From Candidatus Magasanikiibacteriota bacterium (GTDB lineage Bacteria; Patescibacteriota; Patescibacteriia; Magasanikbacterales; UBA922): DNA of 64,000 nt. Positions within the stretch are counted from its first letter, which is position 1; each line of letters begins with the position of its first letter. The notes beneath the pieces were generated by a model that made no database searches, was not told where the DNA came from, and worked only from the letters and a program-made list of their open reading frames with translations. The stretch lies in the NCBI GenBank assembly GCA_014729395.1, contig WJJZ01000002.1, positions 673 to 64,672 on the forward strand, given 5' to 3'. This document shows, piece by piece, positions 56,188-64,000 of the stretch. The position numbers and the translations under genes were made by a program.

Positions 56188-56516
56188 ATTAATATTCCAA
56201 GTGATTGAAATGGCCACCAACCATTTATTCAGTGATGGATCTAATAGAAATATTAGCCAAGCTTGGAACAATTTATTAGAGATAAATTATCGGGTGGAAC
56301 CGTCTTTGAACATTGATTACACAGATTGGCACTGATTACACATATTTTATATCTGTGTAATCTGTGAATAATCTGTATAATCAATACAAGGACCCCGATG
56401 AGCATCTTTTTACAGGTGTTTATCGGGGTTTTTTAATTAACAATGAACAATTAACAAATTTTATCAATTTATATTTACGCAATATGATTTGCTAATTGTT
56501 AATTTTATAAATATTT

Positions 56517-58322
56517 ATGTCAAAAGATTCTTTAGATGTTAAACGTCACTCAGCGGCTCATATTTTGGCGGCCGCAGTTCAGGATTTATTTAAAGATGTT
56601 AAATTTGGAGTTGGACCTGTAGTCGAGAACGGTTTTTATTATGATATTGAATTTCCAAGCAACATCAGTGAAGAAAATTTACCCGGAATAGAGAAGAAAA
56701 TGAAAGAAATGATAAAGAAAAATTTAAATTTTGAGAAAGAAGAAATGAGTATTAAAGACGCAATTGAATATTTTGAAAAAGCAAAGCAGAATTACAAAGT
56801 GGAGCTCCTTAAAGATTTGGAGAAAAAAGGGACTACCAAGTTGAGCGATGAAGAGCTGCAGGAAGTGGGCGAAGCAGTCGATAAGGTTACAGTTTACAAA
56901 ACAGGTAATTTTGTCGACCTTTGTCGCGGACCACATGTTGACTCAAGCAATAAAATCAATCCAAAAGCTTTTAAATTAACAAAATTGGCCGGGGCTTATT
57001 GGCGAGGTGATGAAAACAATAAGATGATAACCAGAATTTACGGTGTATTGTTTGACACAAAAGATGAACTTAATGACTATCTGGAGCTTTTGGAAGAGGC
57101 CAAGATGCTGGATCATAGAAAACTTGGTAAAGAGTTGGATTTGTTTACTTTTTCGGATTTGGTTGGTAAAGGTTTACCTCTTTGGACGGAAAAAGGGGCT
57201 ACTATAAGACGTGAGCTTGAAAATTTTGTTATTGAAGAAGAAATAAAAAGAGGTTACAAACATGTAGTTACTCCGGAGCTTGCCAAAGTAGATTTGTATA
57301 GAAAATCGGGTCATTATCCATATTACAAAGATACCATGTATCCGCCAATGGAAATCGATGACGAAGAGCTCATTTTGCGACCAATGACCTGTCCGCATCA
57401 TTTTATGCTCTACAGCGATAAAAAGAGGTCATATCGTGAATTACCGATGCGTATTGCCGAGCTGGCAAGACTTTTTCGCTATGAAAAATCCGGAGAATTA
57501 ACGGGCATGCTTAGAGTTAGAAGTTTTTGTTTGGCAGATGCTCATATTGTTTGTATGGAAGAGCAAGCTAAAGAGGAAATTAAACAGGTAATAGAATTAA
57601 TAGATTATATATCCGGTGTCCTTGGTCTTGAAAAAGGAAAAGATTATTCTTATAGATTATCTCTTGGTGATAGGGAGGATGAAAAAAAATATTATAAAGA
57701 TGATAAGGCTTGGGATTGTGCGGAAAAAATATTGCGTGAGACCTTGGGTGAAATAAAGGCCCCTTTTGAAGAAGCCAAAGGCGATGCCGCTTTTTATGGT
57801 CCAAAGATTGATATTCAGATGAAGAATGTCTTGGGAAAAGAAGATACGGCTTTTACTATTCAATATGATTTTTGTATGCCTGAGAGGTTTGAAATGACTT
57901 ATGTAGATAAAGACGGTGAGGAAAAAAGACCAATCGTTATTCATCGTTCATCAATCGGAGCGATTGAGAGAACTTTTGCATTTTTGATTGAAAAATACGC
58001 CGGTGCTTTTCCGCTTTGGCTTTCACCTATTCAGGTTCATTTTGTTCCTGTGTCGGAAAAACATATTGTAGGAACAAGAGAATTGGCGGATCGTTTCAAA
58101 GAGGCCGGTATCAGAATTGAGATTGACGAAGCTGATGAGACGGTTGGAAATAAAGTCCGTAAAGCTGTTGGTCAAAAAATTCCTTATATCGTGGTGGTAG
58201 GTGACGATGAATTATCAGGGGGTGAATTAAAAGTTAGGGTGAGAGGTCGGAACGATCAGATACAGACCAAAAGAGATGAATTCATAGAAAGATTAAAAAA
58301 AGAAATCAAAGAAAAAAAATAA
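56517..58322 (+). CDS. thrS: Threonine--tRNA ligase (no N-terminal TGS domain)
   Basis: Editing-domain HSAAHIL, class II motifs, and a C-terminal anticodon-binding domain. A terminator lies at 58326-58354. Confidence 0.95.
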   Translation: MSKDSLDVKRHSAAHILAAAVQDLFKDVKFGVGPVVENGFYYDIEFPSNISEENLPGIEKKMKEMIKKNLNFEKEEMSIKDAIEYFEKAKQNYKVELLKDLEKKGTTKLSDEELQEVGEAVDKVTVYKTGNFVDLCRGPHVDSSNKINPKAFKLTKLAGAYWRGDENNKMITRIYGVLFDTKDELNDYLELLEEAKMLDHRKLGKELDLFTFSDLVGKGLPLWTEKGATIRRELENFVIEEEIKRGYKHVVTPELAKVDLYRKSGHYPYYKDTMYPPMEIDDEELILRPMTCPHHFMLYSDKKRSYRELPMRIAELARLFRYEKSGELTGMLRVRSFCLADAHIVCMEEQAKEEIKQVIELIDYISGVLGLEKGKDYSYRLSLGDREDEKKYYKDDKAWDCAEKILRETLGEIKAPFEEAKGDAAFYGPKIDIQMKNVLGKEDTAFTIQYDFCMPERFEMTYVDKDGEEKRPIVIHRSSIGAIERTFAFLIEKYAGAFPLWLSPIQVHFVPVSEKHIVGTRELADRFKEAGIRIEIDEADETVGNKVRKAVGQKIPYIVVVGDDELSGGELKVRVRGRNDQIQTKRDEFIERLKKEIKEKK

Positions 58323-58415
58323 ATTAAAAAATCGGGCATCTGCCCGATTTTGAATTCAACATGATTTATATGCTATACTGATATCGGCCTAAAATCAAAG
58401 CTAAGGAGGTGCAAC

Positions 58416-58697
58416 ATGCAGGTAAATCTCAAAAAAAAGGAAACTAAAATCGCCGGAATTGATTATGAAATTTTGCATTATTGTAGGTGGTATATAGAAA
58501 ATGGTGTATTGTATTTGATCTTTGAAGAAGATGACTACAATATGGTCGGGATAATGTATGCTTTGGATAACTTGGAGAGGGGTCTTAGGAGTCAAAATTT
58601 GCTTGCAAATGAAAATGTCATAAAGTTGTCTTTTGGAAAAAAGGAGGGGGATGAAAATGAGATTTTTATGAGAGCGCACATTGCCTTAAAGGTTTGA
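58416..58697 (+). CDS. Hypothetical protein, 93 aa
   Basis: AAGGAGG RBS. Confidence 0.35.
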   Translation: MQVNLKKKETKIAGIDYEILHYCRWYIENGVLYLIFEEDDYNMVGIMYALDNLERGLRSQNLLANENVIKLSFGKKEGDENEIFMRAHIALKV

Positions 58698-58729
58698 TAT
58701 GTAAGACAGAATTTTTCATATAATTCCAA

Positions 58730-58766
58730 TAAAAAATCCGCCCTAATTAGGCGGATCTTTTTTTGT
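58730..58766. terminator. Bidirectional terminator
   Basis: ATCCGCC-ctaatta-GGCGGAT with A- and T-runs on the two sides. Confidence 0.55.
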
Positions 58767-58771
58767 TAATT

Positions 58772-59269
58772 TTAGGCTGCTTTTTTGAACTCTTCGTCCA
58801 AAGTGTGTAATTTTTCTTTAATTGCTATAACTTTTGACTTGCTTTGGTCAGCTTCTGCATAAACAGCATCCCTAATTTGTTCAATATCTTCTAGCGCTTT
58901 GTTAAATTCATGTTCTTCTTCTGCTTTTTTTTCTAGTTCTCGAACTATCATATCCAATCTTTCCCAAACTTTTGTTTCAACGTCATTTTTTACTTCTTTT
59001 GATATAGATTTTAGATCCTCCATTGCTTTATTAAATTCTTCCATATGTCTTGCTCTGTTATCACTCGCCTCTACTATTGTATCCAATTTATTCATAACTC
59101 TGTTTGCCAGTTCCGGATCTTCTATGATTACGGCTTCTTCTGTTAAATCCGGAATTTCCGGAGGGGTGGCCGGCTCTAAAACATCGGCCAATTCGCCGCC
59201 TTTTTGTTTGATTTCCCCTTCCATTTTTTGCAGGTCTTCGTGAATTTGTCTGGGAGTTTCTCCACGCAT
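58772..59269 (-). CDS. Coiled-coil protein, 165 aa
   Basis: Heptad-rich, acidic sequence. Confidence 0.5.
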   Translation of the reverse strand: MRGETPRQIHEDLQKMEGEIKQKGGELADVLEPATPPEIPDLTEEAVIIEDPELANRVMNKLDTIVEASDNRARHMEEFNKAMEDLKSISKEVKNDVETKVWERLDMIVRELEKKAEEEHEFNKALEDIEQIRDAVYAEADQSKSKVIAIKEKLHTLDEEFKKAA

Positions 59270-59370
59270 ATTATTTGTATATTAATTATATAAATTATTA
59301 TAATATATCATGCTATCGGTACTAGGTCCTTCGACTTAAAACTTTACAACTTATCATTTTTAATCGGATG

Positions 59371-60045
59371 TTACTTTTTTCCTCTCAATCGATCCCATAT
59401 TTTTTTAAAACTACCTTTGGTTTCAGATTCTTTAATGGTTTCAGATTCTTTAATTCCGGTTTCTTTTGAGTATTCATCTTGTGTAATCAAGTGCACCGCT
59501 CCGCTTTCATCCGGAACACCATATTTATCTCTATCCACTATTTTTTTATATTCTTTTGATTTTTTCACACCTTGTCTTTCGGTATCAATGGATTTTTCCA
59601 TTTCTTTTCTATGTTCTTTAGATAATTCCGGAATCATAGCCTGTAAACCGGCTTCCATGCTACCACCCGATTTAGCTTTCGCTTTTATGGCATCCCTTAC
59701 TCTTGCTATTTTTTCTCTTTCAATTCTTGCAATATCTTCGGGATTTACCGCTTTTTCATTTGATAGTGGGTTTTTCACATAACCCGAACTGGGTTCGGGC
59801 TTGCCTTTTTTTGGTTCTCTTCCGTAAATCGGGGCCTCTTCGGTGGGAGCTCTCTCATGATTTTTTTTTGTCAGCTCTGAACCGGGTACAGTATCAGCCA
59901 ATTGTTCATTTTCAGGTGTAAAACCGGGACGTGTTTTTTCCAAATCTCCATTTTTTGGAAGAACATTTATAGTTTTTTCTTCTATGGGTGTGTGATTTCC
60001 ATCTTCTCGCATATTTTTTATTATATATTTATTATAATATAGCAT
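59371..60045 (-). CDS. Hypothetical Lys/Glu-rich protein, 224 aa
   Basis: A 21-bp in-frame tandem duplication at 59417-59458 gives IKESETIKESET. Confidence 0.5.
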   Translation of the reverse strand: MLYYNKYIIKNMREDGNHTPIEEKTINVLPKNGDLEKTRPGFTPENEQLADTVPGSELTKKNHERAPTEEAPIYGREPKKGKPEPSSGYVKNPLSNEKAVNPEDIARIEREKIARVRDAIKAKAKSGGSMEAGLQAMIPELSKEHRKEMEKSIDTERQGVKKSKEYKKIVDRDKYGVPDESGAVHLITQDEYSKETGIKESETIKESETKGSFKKIWDRLRGKK

Positions 60046-60253
60046 ATTTTAGTAAATAATAATAGCATTTTTTATCCTTTTTGTCAATTATATTATGTAT
60101 CGATGTAATAAAAGTTTTTTGTAATTTTGCTAAATTAATAGTAAAAATTGGCTTGACTATTGACATTTTTATTAATATGGCTTATTTTACCTATATATAG
60201 TCCTTTTTCACAAACAAAAAGGCAAAAGCCTTTTTAACATATATAGGTGCAAC

Positions 60254-60724
60254 ATGTTCGGATTTTTCAATTCGGGAGATGACGGGTCGAACAAAGATGA
60301 TCAACCGCGGTCACCGGAAATGAGGCAATACAATGGTGAAAAGTTGTGTGCAGGAATAAGGGAACTGCCGGGCTATAAACCGCCCGGAATGGAGATGCTT
60401 GCAGAACTGGAAAGAGAAAGACAAACTATCAAGGAAATGCCTGCTTTTGAAGAAGCTTGGGAATTTCAGGATATATTCGGTGAGTTGATTGCCGTCCCGC
60501 CGGGTACGGAAGTTCGTACGGGTAATGCTTCAATAGTGGTGTTTATTTCAGAACCTTATGGTAGAGAAAGCTTTGACGAAGACGATATTTTGAATACTGT
60601 GGGGGATATAAAAGATTGTCTCATGAAAAAAAACGTACTCGCCGATATAGGCGAGCCAATATCCATACCAGGGGGGTGGAGCGTTGCATTCCATCTGAAA
60701 AGATGGATGATGCTTCTAAAATGA
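60254..60724 (+). CDS. Hypothetical protein, 156 aa
   Basis: Open frame. A terminator lies at 60736-60768. Confidence 0.45.
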   Translation: MFGFFNSGDDGSNKDDQPRSPEMRQYNGEKLCAGIRELPGYKPPGMEMLAELERERQTIKEMPAFEEAWEFQDIFGELIAVPPGTEVRTGNASIVVFISEPYGRESFDEDDILNTVGDIKDCLMKKNVLADIGEPISIPGGWSVAFHLKRWMMLLK

Positions 60725-60830
60725 ACATGTTATTCAAAAGCGGTGTTTTTTTAACCGCTTTTTCTTATCTTGACATTTTTTTATAGTTGTTATACTATGG
60801 TATGTTATCGATTAAAAAAAGGAGGATTAA

Positions 60831-61121
60831 ATGAAAGAAAAAGAAACCGTTTGGGTTCCGATTGAGCTGTGGGGTCAGACTTTTTTTGTACCGCAAGGTA
60901 CTATAACAAACATAATTGAAAAATATTTTATAATAGTTTCACCGCCACACGTGACAGAGATTGAAGTAAAGGTTATGTCAGAAGCTTTTCTGGAATTTTT
61001 TAGAGCCAGAAAAATGTTGCTCAATGAGGGGGGTATGACAAAGAGACCGGATGGTAAAATACAGAGATCTTTTATAATAAATCCTACAGTTTTGGTAGGA
61101 AATTTTTCCGAGGGTGATTGA
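60831..61121 (+). CDS. Hypothetical protein, 96 aa
   Basis: AAGGAGG RBS. Confidence 0.4.
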   Translation: MKEKETVWVPIELWGQTFFVPQGTITNIIEKYFIIVSPPHVTEIEVKVMSEAFLEFFRARKMLLNEGGMTKRPDGKIQRSFIINPTVLVGNFSEGD

Positions 61122-61205
61122 TATTATCGCCCTTTTTTTATTTGCTTTTTTATTTAATTTATAATAGTATTTTAAATACTAATTAGGAGCGATTTAGCAT
61201 GAATT

Positions 61206-62531
61206 ATGAAGCAATATAATTATCACATTATTACCTTTGGTTGTCAGATGAACAAGAGTGATTCCGAGAGAATAGAGACAGTATTGCAAAATATGGGTCT
61301 TGAAGCTGTCAATAATTCTGAAAAAGCTGATGTAGTTATAATAAACACTTGTTCTGTTAGGCAGTCTGCTGAAGACAGGGTTTTTGGTTTAAATAGAAAT
61401 TTTTTAAAATTAAAAAAAGTTGGAGCCAAACCTATAGTAGTTGTTACGGGCTGTATGGCCGGACGTGATAAAGACGAAAAGATAAGAAAAAAATTACAAG
61501 GGGTTGACTTATTTTTTCCCACTGAAGAGCTGGTCAAGCTGCCATATTTATTGCGAGAAATAAATCCGGATCTGCCTGCTTTGGATTTGGGTTCTGACTA
61601 CCTGCGAATAAGACCTAATTACAAAGACAGTCATAAAGCCTTTGTTACTATACAGACCGGTTGCAATCAGTTTTGTACTTATTGTGTGGTTCCCTTTGCA
61701 CGTGGTACGGAAGGTAATCGTTCTCTCAAACAAATCCTTGAAGAAGTATCAGGATTGGCAGAGACAGGTTGTCTGGAAATAACTTTACTTGGTCAAATAG
61801 TTAATCACTATAAAGCACCTGATCCGGAATACTTTTCAAAAAAAAATCCTTACAAAAAAAATGATTTTGCAAAACTTTTATGGGAAATAAATAAAATGAC
61901 CGGGATTGAAAGAATTCATTGGACAGCACCACATCCTTTGTATATGGACGATGAAGTTATTGATGCGCTCGCCCTGGATAAACAAATAAATTATCTGCAT
62001 TTGCCGGTTCAGTCCGGTAATGATGAAATTTTAAAAAAGATGAATCGCAAACATGATAGGGATTATTTTATAGATAGAATTAAAAAAATTAAATTAAAAA
62101 AACCCGGTATTTCAATCGGTACTGATTTAATTGTAGGTTTTTGCGGTGAGAATGACAAACAATTTGCCGATACAGTTAGTTTGTATAAGACTTGTAATTT
62201 TGATATATCATATAACGCTCAATATTCTGTTAGATCTGGGACCGGTGCCGCTAAATTATTTCGTGATGACGTACCGAAAGAAATTAAAAAGAAAAGATGG
62301 CATAAATTACAGGCTTTGATGGAGGACATCGTATATAAAAAGAATCAAAAATTTATAGGAAAAACAGTTCAAGTATTGGTAGATAATTATAAAAACGGAG
62401 TCTGTAGTGGTTATTCGGAGAATATGAAGCTGGTTCAGTTTCCAGGAACTGAAAAAATGATTGCTAGTATTCAACCGGCTAAGATAAAAAAAGCTAAAGA
62501 ATGGGTCTTGTATGCTGATCCGATAAAATAA
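61206..62531 (+). CDS. miaB: tRNA-2-methylthio-N6-dimethylallyladenosine synthase (MiaB-like methylthiotransferase)
   Basis: MTTase N-terminal Cys triad (C..C..C), radical SAM CNQFCTYC and a TRAM-like C-terminus. Gene order miaB-miaA. Confidence 0.9.
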   Translation: MKQYNYHIITFGCQMNKSDSERIETVLQNMGLEAVNNSEKADVVIINTCSVRQSAEDRVFGLNRNFLKLKKVGAKPIVVVTGCMAGRDKDEKIRKKLQGVDLFFPTEELVKLPYLLREINPDLPALDLGSDYLRIRPNYKDSHKAFVTIQTGCNQFCTYCVVPFARGTEGNRSLKQILEEVSGLAETGCLEITLLGQIVNHYKAPDPEYFSKKNPYKKNDFAKLLWEINKMTGIERIHWTAPHPLYMDDEVIDALALDKQINYLHLPVQSGNDEILKKMNRKHDRDYFIDRIKKIKLKKPGISIGTDLIVGFCGENDKQFADTVSLYKTCNFDISYNAQYSVRSGTGAAKLFRDDVPKEIKKKRWHKLQALMEDIVYKKNQKFIGKTVQVLVDNYKNGVCSGYSENMKLVQFPGTEKMIASIQPAKIKKAKEWVLYADPIK

Positions 62532-62560
62532 AGAAAAAAAATGCTATACTAGGTAATATT

Positions 62561-63496
62561 ATGAGAGAAGAAAAAAAATTACCAAAATTAATTGTTATTT
62601 TAGGTCCTACAGCTTGCGGTAAAACAAGTTGGAGTTTGAAATTATCAAAAAAATTTAATGGCGAAGTTATATCCGCAGATTCCAGACAAATTTATAAAAA
62701 AATGGATATAGGTACTGCAAAAGAACCCGGAGAATGGAAACGAAACGGATTGAGAAAAACTTATTATATTGAAGGTATTCCTCATCACCTGCTTGATTTT
62801 TTAGATCCCGGAAAACGTTTTACTGTCGCTGAATTCAGAGACAAAGCTTTAAAATATGCTAAAATGGCACAAAAAAATGATCGAATTCCGATTATAGCGG
62901 GCGGCACAGGATTGTATATCCAATCTATTGTTGATAATTATAGAATTCCCAGAATTCCACCAAATAAAAAATTGAGACAGAGTTTGGAAGAAAAACAAAA
63001 CAAAGAGCTGGTTCGCCTGTTGGAAAAAATGGATCAAAAGGCAGCCAAACGAATTGACCGGAATAATAAGAGACGAATAATCAGAGCATTGGAAGTTTGT
63101 ATTTTGAGTGGAGAAAGTTTTTCTGAACAGAGGGAAAAAGGAGAACCTCTTTTTGAAACTTTGCAAATTGGCATAGATGTCCCCCGTGAAGTCTTATATG
63201 ATAGAATAAATATGAGAGTCGATGAAATGATGAAAATGGGACTATTGAAAGAAATTGAAGGTCTGTTAAAACAAAAATACAGTTGGTCTCTACCTAGCAT
63301 GAGCGGAATCGGTTATCGTCAATTCAAAGGTTATTTTGAAGGAGAAAAAAAATTGGAAGAATGTGTTAATCTACTCAAAAGAGATACCAGGCGTTATGCC
63401 AAAAGGCAGATTGCCTGGTTTAAAAGAGACCAAAGAATAAATTGGATGTCAGATTACGAAGAAGCTGAGAAATTGGTCAAGACTTTCTTAAAATAA
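62561..63496 (+). CDS. miaA: tRNA dimethylallyltransferase
   Basis: P-loop GPTACGKTS and the DSRQIYKKMDIGTAK motif. Confidence 0.92.
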   Translation: MREEKKLPKLIVILGPTACGKTSWSLKLSKKFNGEVISADSRQIYKKMDIGTAKEPGEWKRNGLRKTYYIEGIPHHLLDFLDPGKRFTVAEFRDKALKYAKMAQKNDRIPIIAGGTGLYIQSIVDNYRIPRIPPNKKLRQSLEEKQNKELVRLLEKMDQKAAKRIDRNNKRRIIRALEVCILSGESFSEQREKGEPLFETLQIGIDVPREVLYDRINMRVDEMMKMGLLKEIEGLLKQKYSWSLPSMSGIGYRQFKGYFEGEKKLEECVNLLKRDTRRYAKRQIAWFKRDQRINWMSDYEEAEKLVKTFLK

Positions 63497-63500
63497 TTTT

Positions 63501-64000
63501 ATGCCATCAAACAAGAATATCGGAAATATTAAAACTTCAGTTTCAAATTTTTCGAGACCTAATAAAGTCACCAGGGCTCAGGATATGTCAGTAACCAAAT
63601 TACAACAGCATGTTGAGCGAGGTAAAGCGGCTGTTTCATCTTCTCAAGCTGCACAGAAGAAAGAAGGAAAAAGATACGCCAAAACATCCATTGGCCGGGT
63701 TGGTTCTTTTTCAGAAGCAACTTCTTCTATCGCACATGCCAAAGAATCCGACAGATCAATCAAGAAACATGGTTATGAGTCGCTTTATGGTGAGGACGCT
63801 GACACCAGGCGTTATGAATATATTCGTCGAAAAATTAGGGCGAGACTGGCTAAAGAAAGAAAAAGGGGTGAGAAATTTTTTAAAGATTTAGTTTATAAAA
63901 CGACAAAGCAAAGCATAGCCGATGCCAAACCCAATTATCGTGACCGGATAAAAATGAAAGTGGATATTGATAAAGCAAAACAAAGAGGTACTATAAATAA
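63501..64000 (+). CDS. Hypothetical Lys-rich protein, 5' partial (runs off the window)
   Basis: 166 stop-free codons from the ATG at 63501. Preferred over the shorter alternative-frame ORF at 63610..63891. Confidence 0.4.
   Translation, partial: MPSNKNIGNIKTSVSNFSRPNKVTRAQDMSVTKLQQHVERGKAAVSSSQAAQKKEGKRYAKTSIGRVGSFSEATSSIAHAKESDRSIKKHGYESLYGEDADTRRYEYIRRKIRARLAKERKRGEKFFKDLVYKTTKQSIADAKPNYRDRIKMKVDIDKAKQRGTIN

Noticed and set aside
63610-63891. 93-aa ORF in an alternative frame
   Set aside because: The frame starting at 63501 is open for more than 166 codons to the window end and is more plausibly the real gene.
1-64000. CRISPR array, tRNA, rRNA or tmRNA
   Set aside because: No regularly spaced direct repeats with unique spacers were seen. 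No cloverleaf-compatible segments with a GTTCGAATC-type T-loop and no rRNA-like conserved blocks were recognised. The ncRNA candidates flagged in the findings are not these classes, as far as I can tell by eye.

Overview
The window reads as a low-GC (about 30-38 %), compact bacterial backbone carrying housekeeping genes. On the minus strand: recA and ftsK. On the plus strand: rpoB-rpoC, yebC-ruvC, rpsO-pnp-ftsH, a pilB/gspE-type ATPase, thrS and miaB-miaA. Calling the host Patescibacteria/CPR-like is my inference. It rests on small proteins, a GxxExxY fragment, a four-helix-bundle gene, a type IV pilus ATPase and sparse Shine-Dalgarno use. No rRNA, tRNA or CRISPR array was found.

Two accessory regions interrupt this backbone.

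Island A (about 600-10,900) is about 60 % GC. It lies in two blocks (600-3540 and 4200-10,900) on either side of an AT-rich paralog gene. Island A contains:
- a 280-aa unknown protein;
- a roughly 150-aa palm-domain protein that looks like a minimal CRISPR polymerase (mCpol, a predicted nucleotide cyclase). It sits between two direct repeats, each carrying a GC-rich structured segment, an identical 22-codon micro-ORF and AT-rich iteron-like pseudo-repeats;
- a GNAT acetyltransferase preceded by an attenuator-like structure;
- a small zinc-ribbon protein;
- a 1323-aa DEAH/HrpA-like helicase with an atypical C-terminus;
- two further small ORFs.

Island B (about 19,300-24,000) opens with a near-consensus sigma70 promoter plus an operator palindrome. 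Behind it is an array of nine small ORFs, several of them paralogous zinc-ribbon proteins.

The two islands share a modular grammar:
- a roughly 100-nt structured 5' leader present in four copies, with compensatory stem changes;
- a second leader type present in two copies;
- a terminator hairpin with an invariant loop TCCTAGACCCTG present in five to six copies, followed by a conserved TCTGAAAGC block.

Other notable items:
- Three paralogs of an AT-rich coiled-coil repeat protein bracket island A's two GC blocks. Their in-frame tandem repeats differ between copies.
- Two GC-rich REP/MITE-like palindromic elements occur, one of them near an IS200-like REP-associated tyrosine transposase.
- A 466-bp MITE-like element carries a truncated GxxExxY gene.
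- A B12-binding radical SAM gene is interrupted by a single in-frame TAA.
- About 1.6 kb of ORF-poor sequence with structured GC-rich islands lies upstream of rpoB.
- A T-box-like motif is present in the thrS leader.

All functional calls rest on motif recognition by eye. I ran no database searches.
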